In this document: in pieces, positions 1-7,773 of the stretch
Layout of the letters: each line of letters begins with the position of its first letter
Position numbering within the stretch: position 1 is the first letter of the stretch
Origin: a virus
DNA: 64,000 nt
Virus record (IMG/VR): IMGVR_UViG_3300045988_103014
Span: 77,780-141,779 of that record
Strand: one strand, 5' to 3'
Notes under the pieces: generated by a model
What the model saw: only the letters and a program-made list of their open reading frames with translations
Database searches by the model: none
Told to the model about the DNA's origin: nothing
Translations under genes and position numbers: made by a program

Positions 1-260
1 CTACTGACCAAGTTTATATTGGACAGGCACGAGATATGGCATCACGATGGAAAGAACACGCGAAATGCGGTCTTGACATCGACCGTCCCGCAGGTAATAA
101 ATTATACCTTGCAATGATGGAAGATGGCATTGAAAATTTCTCATGGGAGCTTTTGGAGAAATGTACGCCACAAGAATTAAACGAAAAAGAGCGTCAGTAT
201 ATTGAACTATATCAAGCTTTAGAATATGGATATAACAGTAATAAGGGAGTTAGTAAATAA
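1..260 (+). CDS. GIY-YIG homing-endonuclease-like nuclease; 5' end cut by window edge (frame open from nt 3)
   Basis: Frame open from nt 3: TDQVYIGQARDMASRWKEH...GIENFSWELLEKCTPQELNEKERQYIELY...GYN matches the GIY-YIG catalytic core (YIG, conserved R, E, N). TAA at 258-260. No DNA-binding domain follows. Confidence 0.65.
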   Translation, partial: TDQVYIGQARDMASRWKEHAKCGLDIDRPAGNKLYLAMMEDGIENFSWELLEKCTPQELNEKERQYIELYQALEYGYNSNKGVSK

Positions 261-1111
261 TGAAGTTTGAAAATGTAAGAGTTATGAACTTTGAAAATGC
301 TTTGAGAGGAATGAGAAATCCAAAAAATTCATGGCATTTATCAGATAGTTCTTTTGGTTTGGAACATATGGATTGCATTGATTATGCAACTGACCCAGTA
401 GTAAACGCATATATGGAAGCTGGAGCCGAAGATGCGGAGCAGGTAAATTCTTACTTGTTAAATAATGGTATTATTCATCTACGCGGGGATTTGTGCGAAT
501 TCGCATTCATCGGTCCAAAAGATATGAAACTTGCTAAGGCACTCATTAAGGGTGGCCCAGAACATAGAAAATTTATGAGACAGATTTTTGTGTCTGTTGA
601 TATTACCGCTCCTCTCTATTGGTGGAAGGAGTTTGATACTTATAAAGTTGGTACTGTTGCCAACTCGACCAGTACAATGCACAAAATCACAAGTAAGGAA
701 ATTACTCGTGAGAATTTTGAAATGGATGATTACGTTCCTATTTTCCCCGACCCTGGTTATGAAGGTAAGGATGAACAGGTTTCAATTGACGTTCAGGTGG
801 ACGATATTGTCGAATTTCTTGAGGACTTACGCAAGAAATACTTGGAGTTGAAAGATACCGACCCAGACCGTGCATATGTCTACTGGAAGGAACTAATTCG
901 TTGGACTCCAGAGTCTTGGCTACAGACTAGAACTGTAACAATGAACTATGAGAACTTGCTGGCTATGTGTTCCAAGAGCCAGAGACGTTTCCATAAATTA
1001 AACGAGTGGTCAGGTCGCAAAGATGACTCGCTTGATAATTTCATTTCTTTCGCTAGAGATTTACCATATGCGGCTGACTTCATCTTTCTTGATGAGGTAG
1101 AGCAAGAGTAA
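260..1111 (+). CDS. Divergent ThyX-fold (flavin-dependent thymidylate synthase-like) protein; canonical RHR motif replaced
   Basis: 283 aa. SD AAGGGAG before the ATG at 260. N-terminus and the segment EHRKFMRQIFVSVDITAPLYWWKEFDTYKVGTVANSTSTMH parallel the ThyX layout (E-H...AP...QWFRHR...S..N..S.RY), but EFD stands where RHR is expected. Confidence 0.4.
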   Translation: MKFENVRVMNFENALRGMRNPKNSWHLSDSSFGLEHMDCIDYATDPVVNAYMEAGAEDAEQVNSYLLNNGIIHLRGDLCEFAFIGPKDMKLAKALIKGGPEHRKFMRQIFVSVDITAPLYWWKEFDTYKVGTVANSTSTMHKITSKEITRENFEMDDYVPIFPDPGYEGKDEQVSIDVQVDDIVEFLEDLRKKYLELKDTDPDRAYVYWKELIRWTPESWLQTRTVTMNYENLLAMCSKSQRRFHKLNEWSGRKDDSLDNFISFARDLPYAADFIFLDEVEQE

Positions 1112-1123
1112 AGTATACAATAG

Positions 1124-1152
1124 TTGATTTTTGTAATTAAATTTTGTATAAT
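1124..1152 (+). promoter_or_regulatory. Sigma70-like promoter, extended -10 (TTGATT-N17-TGTATAAT)
   Basis: TTGATT at 1124-1129, TGTATAAT at 1145-1152. Upstream of the regulator/SSB/Sak4 operon. Confidence 0.45.
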
Positions 1153-1207
1153 ATAAATGTAATCAATGAAAATTACAAATTTAGTGAAAAGAAAGTGAGT
1201 ATAAGAA

Positions 1208-1561
1208 ATGTCGAAGAAACAAGAGTTTATTAAAGTTGTTAACATGCTAATTGACCAGACTAACTTCAACTGGGAAGAGGAAGCAGATGCGAAAGCATAT
1301 TGGGACGCTTTCACTACAGCAAAAGAGGAAGATAAGCCAGAGTTTACTGATAATGGTAAGATGATTCTCAAGTATATGCAGGATAATGCGGATACAGAGA
1401 ATTTCAAAGCTAAGGATATTGGAGAAGGATTGTTTATTTCTTCAAGAACCGTATCTGGTTCAATCCGTAAATTAGTAACCGACGGTTATGTCGAAAAAAT
1501 TGGTCAAGACCCTGTTATCTATACATTAACAGAAAAAGGTAAGAACAAAGAAATTATTTAA
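1208..1561 (+). CDS. Small winged-helix (MarR/PadR-like) DNA-binding regulator
   Basis: 117 aa. SD GAAAGTGAG. C-terminal segment SSRTVSGSIRKLVTDGYVEK is typical of a wHTH recognition helix plus wing. Confidence 0.4.
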   Translation: MSKKQEFIKVVNMLIDQTNFNWEEEADAKAYWDAFTTAKEEDKPEFTDNGKMILKYMQDNADTENFKAKDIGEGLFISSRTVSGSIRKLVTDGYVEKIGQDPVIYTLTEKGKNKEII

Positions 1562-1580
1562 TTGAAGGAGAAAAGAAATT

Positions 1581-2522
1581 ATGAAATCAATGATTAACAG
1601 AACTCACATCGAAGGATTACTTTATGAGCACGCACTTGAGTTGAGAACATCTGGTCCTAACTCTAAGAACCCTGGTACTGAGTTTATCATGGGTACTGTA
1701 AGCATCGCAACTGATGACGCACAGGTTAATATTGTGCCTGTTCACTTCACATATGTGACAGCTACTACTGCGAAGGGAACTGCAAATGCAACTTTCGGAG
1801 TATTGAAGGATATTATTGATGGCAAGCTTGGCACTGTTATGGGTAACGGCGCTGATGGTGCAGCAAAGCTTCGTATCGATTCTGCAGTAGGTCTTAATGA
1901 GTTCTACACAGATAGAAACGGACAGGAAGAGCTTGTTTCTGCAAAGAGAAATGAAGGTGGATTTATCCACACAACTGCTACTTTAGCAGAAGATGAGAAG
2001 GCTCGTAATACATTTGAGGTTGATATTGTAATCACAAATGTAAGACGTATTGAGGCTGATGAGGAGAAGAACATTCCTGAGAAGGCAATCGTAAAGGGTG
2101 CAATCTTCGACTTCAGAAAGAGTTTAATGCCAGTAGAGTTTTCAGTAACTAATCCTAACGCAATGGATTATTTCGAGGGACTTGAGGCTTCAAGCAAGAG
2201 CCCTGTCTTCACTAAGATTAAGGGACGTCAGGTTTCTGAGACAATCACTCGTAAGATTGTTGAAGAGTCTGCATTCGGTGAGGACTCTGTACGTGAGGTA
2301 AATTCAAGCCGTAAGGATTGGGTTGTAACTTGGGCACAGAAGGAGCCTTACATCTGGGATGATGAGGAAACAATCACAGCAGCTGAAATGACTGACGCAA
2401 TGAGCGCACGTCAGACTTATCTTGCAACTGTTAAGCAGAGAGCAGATGAGTATAAAGCTCAGAAGGCAGCTCAGGGTGGCTCTAAGGCAGCTCCTGCAGC
2501 AAGCGGTGGATACGACTTCTAA
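1581..2522 (+). CDS. Hypothetical protein, possibly a ssDNA-binding / recombination-mediator partner of the downstream Sak4 ATPase
   Basis: 313 aa. SD GAAGGAG. Ala/Gly-rich flexible C-terminal tail ending in acidic-aromatic ...AASGGYDF, as in SSB and gp2.5-type proteins. Lies immediately upstream of the Sak4-like gene. Confidence 0.3.
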   Translation: MKSMINRTHIEGLLYEHALELRTSGPNSKNPGTEFIMGTVSIATDDAQVNIVPVHFTYVTATTAKGTANATFGVLKDIIDGKLGTVMGNGADGAAKLRIDSAVGLNEFYTDRNGQEELVSAKRNEGGFIHTTATLAEDEKARNTFEVDIVITNVRRIEADEEKNIPEKAIVKGAIFDFRKSLMPVEFSVTNPNAMDYFEGLEASSKSPVFTKIKGRQVSETITRKIVEESAFGEDSVREVNSSRKDWVVTWAQKEPYIWDDEETITAAEMTDAMSARQTYLATVKQRADEYKAQKAAQGGSKAAPAASGGYDF

Positions 2523-2626
2523 TAGCACGCCCCCTTTAAGGGGGCTGCGTTCAACCGTAGAGTTATTTGAAGACAGTATATTTATTAACAATAATATAGA
2601 AGAAATAAAGAAGGAGATAAACGAAA

Positions 2627-3607
2627 ATGGCTATCAATCTATTAGACATTCAGCCAAACAAGGTAAGTAGAGACTTGGGCGGCTATATTACTTACATCTA
2701 CGGTCCTGCCGGCGCTGGTAAGACAACATTTGGTTCTAAGATGCCAAAGCCTCTGCTTCTTGCAGCTGAGCCTGGATATAGAGCCATCCCTGGTATTCGA
2801 GCAATCGACATTACTTCATGGGGCGAGCTAAAGCAGGTATTGAGAGAGCTTAAAAAGCCAGAAGTCAAAGATGCGTATTCTTCAATCATTTGTGATACAG
2901 TAGATATTATGGCAGACCTTTGCCAGAAGTACATCTGTAATCAGTTGGGCATCGAGAACATCGGTGACGGCGGCTGGACTACAAATGGTTGGTCTAAATA
3001 TAAGAAGGAGTTTGAGGAGACTTTCCGTACTCTTGCTCAGCAGGGTTACGCAATCGTATTCCTTGGACACGCAAAGGAAAAGACTATTAAGCCACAGTTC
3101 GGTGACGAGTATCAGCAGATTTGTCCTGCACTTCAGTCTTCTGCGGCAACCATCGTTGAGAATATGTGTGATATCATCGGATATGCTCACACTTATCTTA
3201 AGGAAGGAAATTCTTACAGAGTATTAACTCTTCGTTCTGCGGATGACAGCGTACTTTGCAAGAGCCGTTTCAAGAACATCAAGCATGAGATTGATTTCTC
3301 ATATGATTCACTTGCAGAGGCACTTCATGATGCTATTGATTCTGAGGCTGATGAGCACAATGGTCAGTTCGTAACTGATGATAAGATGAAGGCAGTTGAA
3401 GCTGCAACTTACGACTATGAGGCTCTTATGGCAGAGTTCCAGGATATGGTTGGTAAGATTATGGCAAGCAACTCTAACAACGCTCCTCGTATTTCTCAGA
3501 TTGTTGAGAAGTATCTTGGTCGCGGTAAGAAGGTATCTGATACCACCGCAAACCAGGCAGAGTTAGTTTCTCTTATCGTTGGAGAAATTAAAGACGAACT
3601 TATGTAA
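2627..3607 (+). CDS. Sak4-like RecA-fold ATPase (AAA_24 type phage recombination protein)
   Basis: 326 aa. SD AAGGAGA. Walker A YGPAGAGKTT. N-terminal MAINLLDIQP... and overall layout typical of Sak4 / AAA_24 proteins. Confidence 0.75.
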   Translation: MAINLLDIQPNKVSRDLGGYITYIYGPAGAGKTTFGSKMPKPLLLAAEPGYRAIPGIRAIDITSWGELKQVLRELKKPEVKDAYSSIICDTVDIMADLCQKYICNQLGIENIGDGGWTTNGWSKYKKEFEETFRTLAQQGYAIVFLGHAKEKTIKPQFGDEYQQICPALQSSAATIVENMCDIIGYAHTYLKEGNSYRVLTLRSADDSVLCKSRFKNIKHEIDFSYDSLAEALHDAIDSEADEHNGQFVTDDKMKAVEAATYDYEALMAEFQDMVGKIMASNSNNAPRISQIVEKYLGRGKKVSDTTANQAELVSLIVGEIKDELM

Positions 3608-3627
3608 AATAAGTCACGATTTTTATA

Positions 3628-3665
3628 AAGCCGGGGTGAAATTCACCTCGGCTTGATTTTTTATT
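3628..3665 (+). terminator. Rho-independent terminator after the Sak4 gene
   Basis: Hairpin AAGCCGGGGTGAAATTCACCTCGGCTT followed by GATTTTTTATT. Confidence 0.7.
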
Positions 3666-3681
3666 AAAATTTTGATATAAT
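3652..3681 (+). promoter_or_regulatory. Sigma70-like promoter, extended -10 (TTGATT-N18-TGATATAAT)
   Basis: TTGATT at 3652-3657 overlapping the terminator T-run. TGATATAAT at 3673-3681. Followed by SD and the ATG at 3719. Confidence 0.5.
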
Positions 3682-3718
3682 ATATATGTAATGAAAATAA
3701 GGAAAGGAGTAGTAGAGA

Positions 3719-4384
3719 ATGGCACATAATGTAACCTGTCCTATTTGTACTCGAAAGTTTGACAGAGATAAAGAAGAATATGTTCAAATGAGTGCCCGCA
3801 GATATGCTCACGCAAAGTGTGCATTAAGAGAAGCAGAAAAGAACTCTACTCCAGTTCCAGAGATAATCAATCCGCTTGATAATGTGGTTTGTGAGTATTG
3901 TAAGAAACCTATGAACCGCAAAGATGAAGATTGTGTACCGTTGGGGAATGGGAAATATGCTCATCGAGAGTGTCAGCATATCGAAGATACTCGAGAATTA
4001 ACTGAGCAAGAAAAACTTGATAGATACATTATGAAGTTATTTAAGACTGATTATGTACATCAAAGAGTAAAACGACAAATCAATGACTTTATGAAACAGT
4101 ATAATTATACATACTCAGGAATAAGGAAGTCATTGACTTATTGGTATGAAGTAAAGAAACAACCAATAGAAAAAGCCAATGGTGGAATTGGAATTGTTCC
4201 ATATATTTATAAAGACGCATATAATTATTACTATATGCTATGGGAAGCGCAACAAAAGAACCAAAATAAGGATATTGAAAGTTACAAGCCAGAGGATATT
4301 GTTATTCGCGTTCCCGCTCCGCAAAGGAATATTAAAAAGCGAAAGTTGTTTACTTTCTTGGACGAGGAGGAGAATAATGGCTAG
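3719..4384 (+). CDS. Double zinc-ribbon protein with basic C-terminus, possibly a helicase loader / replication accessory protein
   Basis: 221 aa. SD AAGGAAAGGAG. Two C-x2-C...H-x2-C modules (CPIC...HAKC and CEYC...HREC). Basic tail ...RNIKKRKLFTF. 3' end overlaps the dnaB start by 8 nt. Confidence 0.5.
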   Translation: MAHNVTCPICTRKFDRDKEEYVQMSARRYAHAKCALREAEKNSTPVPEIINPLDNVVCEYCKKPMNRKDEDCVPLGNGKYAHRECQHIEDTRELTEQEKLDRYIMKLFKTDYVHQRVKRQINDFMKQYNYTYSGIRKSLTYWYEVKKQPIEKANGGIGIVPYIYKDAYNYYYMLWEAQQKNQNKDIESYKPEDIVIRVPAPQRNIKKRKLFTFLDEEENNG

Positions 4385-5912
4385 TAAATATGTAGATTTG
4401 ACTGCGGTTATGCAGGTCATCGGATGTGTGTATAACAATCCGGGATTATTAGAATTTACAGACAAATATACAATCGTTGATGAAGACTTCGCCGATGAGT
4501 TCCACAGAACGGTGTTCGGCGCAATTTATAAAATTCACGAAATGGGTGCAAATAAAATTACACTCCAACAGATTGAAGATTTCTTGAGCACAAGACCTAA
4601 ATCAGCAGCGAATTTTAAGGTTAATAAAGGTGAAGAGTGGATTGTGAAAGTATCTGACACTTGCACACCTTCAGCTTTTGATTATTACTATAACCGATTA
4701 AAGAAATTTACTTTACTCCGTGCGTATGATAATTTTGGAATTGATGTAACAGACATTTATGACCCGGACAATATCATGGATGTAAAGAAGAAACAACTCC
4801 AAGAGGATATAGTTGATAATTCAACACTTGAGCAAATCGCAGATAAAATTGATGAAAGAATTAACTCAATTCGTTTGCAATATGTTGATGACTCTTTTGG
4901 AGAGGCTTCACAGGCTGGTGAAGGTATTGACGAGTTAATTGAGAACTTTATGAAGAATCCAGAAGTCGGAGTACCTTTATATGGTTCACTTATTAACACA
5001 GTAACTCGTGGCGCAAGATTGAAAAAGTTTTATCTTCGTTCTGCGGCAACTGGTGTTGGTAAGACTCGTAGTATGATTGCGGATTCATGTTATATCGCTT
5101 GTTCAAAAATCTACGATGATACTTTTGGTTGGATTAGAACTGGTGGCGGTAATGAACCAGTATTGTTTATTACAACTGAGCAGGAATTAGCTGAAATTCA
5201 GACAATGATGTTAGCATTTATCTCAGGTGTAAATGAAGACCATATCTTAAATGGTAAATATCTCGGAGATGAATTAGACCGAGTAATGCAAGCAAAGGAA
5301 ATCTTAAAAGCAGCTCCATTATATGTTGAAGAGTTGCCAGACTTCTCGCTGAAAGATGTTGAAGATAAGATTAAGAAAAACATTCGTGACCACGATGTAA
5401 AATATGTGTTTCACGATTATATACATACTTCTATGAAAATCTTGGAAGAGATTACAAGACGAAGTGGTGGTATTAAGTTAAGAGAAGATAATATCCTATT
5501 TATGTTATCAAACAAATTAAAGGATATTTGTAATAAATATGGTATCTTCATTATGTCAGCTACACAGTTGAATGGAGATTATCAGACAAGTGAGACCCCT
5601 GACCAGAACTTATTGCGTGGTGCAAAGGCGATTGCGGATAAGATTGACTTTGGTGCAATTTTATTGTTAGCAAAACAGGAAGACCACGAAGCATTAACTG
5701 AAATCTTAAACTCAAATGTTTTTGATAAACCAACAATTAAAATGTCAATTTACAAAAACAGACGAGGAAGATATAAGGGTGTTTATCTTTGGTGTAAAGC
5801 AGATTTGGGTTGCTGTCGTATTGAGCCAATGTTCTGTACGACTTGGGACTACGAACTGGTTGACATAAATAATATCAAGATTATGATTGAAGAAGAATCA
5901 AGTGCATTCTAG
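4377..5912 (+). CDS. dnaB: DnaB-type replicative DNA helicase
   Basis: About 511 aa from the ATG at 4377 (SD GGAGGAG). The ORF track begins upstream at 4179 in the same frame. DnaB N-domain, Walker A LRSAATGVGKTRS, C-terminal RecA-like domain. Confidence 0.85.
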   Translation: MASKYVDLTAVMQVIGCVYNNPGLLEFTDKYTIVDEDFADEFHRTVFGAIYKIHEMGANKITLQQIEDFLSTRPKSAANFKVNKGEEWIVKVSDTCTPSAFDYYYNRLKKFTLLRAYDNFGIDVTDIYDPDNIMDVKKKQLQEDIVDNSTLEQIADKIDERINSIRLQYVDDSFGEASQAGEGIDELIENFMKNPEVGVPLYGSLINTVTRGARLKKFYLRSAATGVGKTRSMIADSCYIACSKIYDDTFGWIRTGGGNEPVLFITTEQELAEIQTMMLAFISGVNEDHILNGKYLGDELDRVMQAKEILKAAPLYVEELPDFSLKDVEDKIKKNIRDHDVKYVFHDYIHTSMKILEEITRRSGGIKLREDNILFMLSNKLKDICNKYGIFIMSATQLNGDYQTSETPDQNLLRGAKAIADKIDFGAILLLAKQEDHEALTEILNSNVFDKPTIKMSIYKNRRGRYKGVYLWCKADLGCCRIEPMFCTTWDYELVDINNIKIMIEEESSAF

Positions 5913-5925
5913 GAGGATGAAATCA

Positions 5926-6189
5926 ATGGCAGATGTAAAGAAAAATGTAAAGAAGAATACTAATAAGGGCGGCAAGAAGTCAGCTCAGAAGCGTCTTGTA
6001 ATCACAAGTCAGGGCGTAGGTCCTTTCTACGAGTACAAGATGGGTAAGGAAGCTGCTTACCACATCACCCATGACCTTGATGGTAAGGTAGTAAAGGAAG
6101 CAAAGGGTCGCGAGAAAGAGTATCTCGTTGACTATGTAAACGAGCAGATGGGTCTCAGAGGCACTTGTGTGGCTGTAATCACTGGGTAA
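5926..6189 (+). CDS. Small basic protein, hypothetical
   Basis: 87 aa from the ATG at 5926 with SD AGGAGGA 8 nt upstream. The ORF track started at a TTG at 5887 that lies inside dnaB. Lys-rich N-terminus. Confidence 0.5.
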   Translation: MADVKKNVKKNTNKGGKKSAQKRLVITSQGVGPFYEYKMGKEAAYHITHDLDGKVVKEAKGREKEYLVDYVNEQMGLRGTCVAVITG

Positions 6190-6195
6190 TAAATT

Positions 6196-7305
6196 ATGAT
6201 AGACTACAATAAAACAGAAATACGAGAGCAAGTAAAGCTTGAGAATGTTTTTGATTTATTGCAGGAATGGGGCGGAGACCCTGAATATACAGCGTTTGGG
6301 ATAATCTCCGCCACGATATGTCATAATAAACCTGGAGAAGGAAGTCGTAAGTTGTATTACTATGAAAACAGTGGATTGTTTCAATGTTACACTGGTTGTC
6401 AAGGTTATTTTGACATATTTGAAATGGTATGCAAAATCATGGACATTCAGCAAGGTTTGGAGTTTGACCTAAATGATGCGGTTCGTTGGATTGCGACAAA
6501 ATTAGGTATCTCAGGAACTATTAGGGATGATAATGCTGAAGAGACAGGAATGGAAGATTGGGTTCTTCTTGCGAACTACTCAAGAATTCAAGAAATAACT
6601 CCAAAAGAAAAACAAGAGATTATTCTTAAAGAGTATGATAAAGCAATTCTCTCTCGTTTAAATTACAGTTTACGATTAGAGCCATGGCTCAATGAACATA
6701 TTAACCAAGAGGTAATTGAATATGCACAAATTGGATATTATCTTGGCGGCGACCAAATAACTATCCCCCACTTTGACAAGGATAATCGTTTTGTGGGTCT
6801 GCGCGGCAGAACAATGTGTAAAGAAGAAGCTGAAAAATTTGGTAAGTATAGACCGATTAAATGTTGCGGTCAGATGTACAACCATCCTCTTGGAATGAAC
6901 TTATATGGATACTCTTGGGCGAAAGATAATATTAAGGCTATGAAAAAGGCAATTATTTTTGAGTCTGAAAAGTCCGTATTGATGTATATGTCATATTTTG
7001 GAATTGAGAATAATATTGCGGTTGCTTGTTGCGGTAGTAACATCTCTGCGTACCAAATTCAGTTGTTAATAGATGCTGGTGCGGAGGAGATTATTGTTGC
7101 GTTTGACCGACAGTTTCAAGAGATTGGCGACAAGGAACATCAGCATTTAGTAAAGAATTTTAAGACTTTGCATAATAAGTTCAAGAACTATGTTTTAATT
7201 TCTTTCATGTTTGATAAACAGATGATAACGGGTTACAAAGCTAGCCCGATTGATGAGGGCGTTGAAAAGTTTATGACGCTATTTAAAGAAAGGGTTGTCT
7301 TATGA
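6196..7305 (+). CDS. DnaG-like DNA primase (CHC2 zinc finger + TOPRIM)
   Basis: 369 aa. Zinc-finger CHNKPGEGS...FQCYTGCQGYFDIFE. TOPRIM-like IIFESEKS and AFDRQFQEIGD. Confidence 0.7.
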   Translation: MIDYNKTEIREQVKLENVFDLLQEWGGDPEYTAFGIISATICHNKPGEGSRKLYYYENSGLFQCYTGCQGYFDIFEMVCKIMDIQQGLEFDLNDAVRWIATKLGISGTIRDDNAEETGMEDWVLLANYSRIQEITPKEKQEIILKEYDKAILSRLNYSLRLEPWLNEHINQEVIEYAQIGYYLGGDQITIPHFDKDNRFVGLRGRTMCKEEAEKFGKYRPIKCCGQMYNHPLGMNLYGYSWAKDNIKAMKKAIIFESEKSVLMYMSYFGIENNIAVACCGSNISAYQIQLLIDAGAEEIIVAFDRQFQEIGDKEHQHLVKNFKTLHNKFKNYVLISFMFDKQMITGYKASPIDEGVEKFMTLFKERVVL

Positions 7306-7547
7306 AAATTGATGGTATGCAATACAGGCAAGTAAATATGACTATTCCAGTATGTGGGGAGACATATGGTGCGGCCATGTATGACGACCGTATGCCCGAA
7401 CCCGCAATAGACTTTTTAAGAATTGAGTTTACTGACTTGTGGGAATTTGATAAATATGTTCAGTCACTCAATGACCTTCACAGACAGCTTCACGATAAAC
7501 TTGAAGGCAGAACAGGAATTAAATTGTATAAAAAAGGACGAGAATAA
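7302..7547 (+). CDS. Hypothetical protein
   Basis: 81 aa, overlaps the primase stop (translational coupling). Confidence 0.5.
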   Translation: MKIDGMQYRQVNMTIPVCGETYGAAMYDDRMPEPAIDFLRIEFTDLWEFDKYVQSLNDLHRQLHDKLEGRTGIKLYKKGRE

Positions 7548-7696
7548 TGAAACAGTATTATGTAGTAGAAAAAGATGATGAGGATTGGGATTTTGATAGC
7601 ACGCCTTCATACAACAGCCAGGAAGAGGCTTACAGAGAGAAAGAACGCTGTGAGCAGGATTATGGCACTGAATATGTTGTATGGGAGGTCGATTAG
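7547..7696 (+). CDS. Small highly acidic protein (49 aa), not in the ORF track
   Basis: ATG at 7547-7549 overlaps the upstream TAA. MKQYYVVEKDDEDWDFDSTPSYNSQEEAYREKERCEQDYGTEYVVWEVD, 16 acidic versus 5 basic residues. Ends with TAG at 7694-7696. Confidence 0.35.
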   Translation: MKQYYVVEKDDEDWDFDSTPSYNSQEEAYREKERCEQDYGTEYVVWEVD

Positions 7697-7773
7697 TATT
7701 AAGAAATCTATCTCAATCTTTACTAATATGTATGGGTGGTGTTCCTTTCTTATGAAAGGAGGTTGAAATTTCT

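Noticed and set aside
479-1407. Short ORF-track ORFs nested in or antisense to long genes. Examples are 479-682(-), 588-851(+), 946-1407(-), and many similar ones inside the pol, nrdD and fibre genes, such as 28285-28542, 30355-30603, 38867-39061 and 54405-54617.
   Set aside because: They lack an SD and overlap well-supported long coding frames. Their composition is typical of out-of-frame translation of AT-rich coding DNA.
7575-7766. 63-aa ORF spanning the intergenic region before the recJ-like gene
   Set aside because: It has no SD and overlaps the RBS and start of the recJ-like gene. The coupled acidic 49-aa ORF at 7547-7696 in another frame is more plausible.
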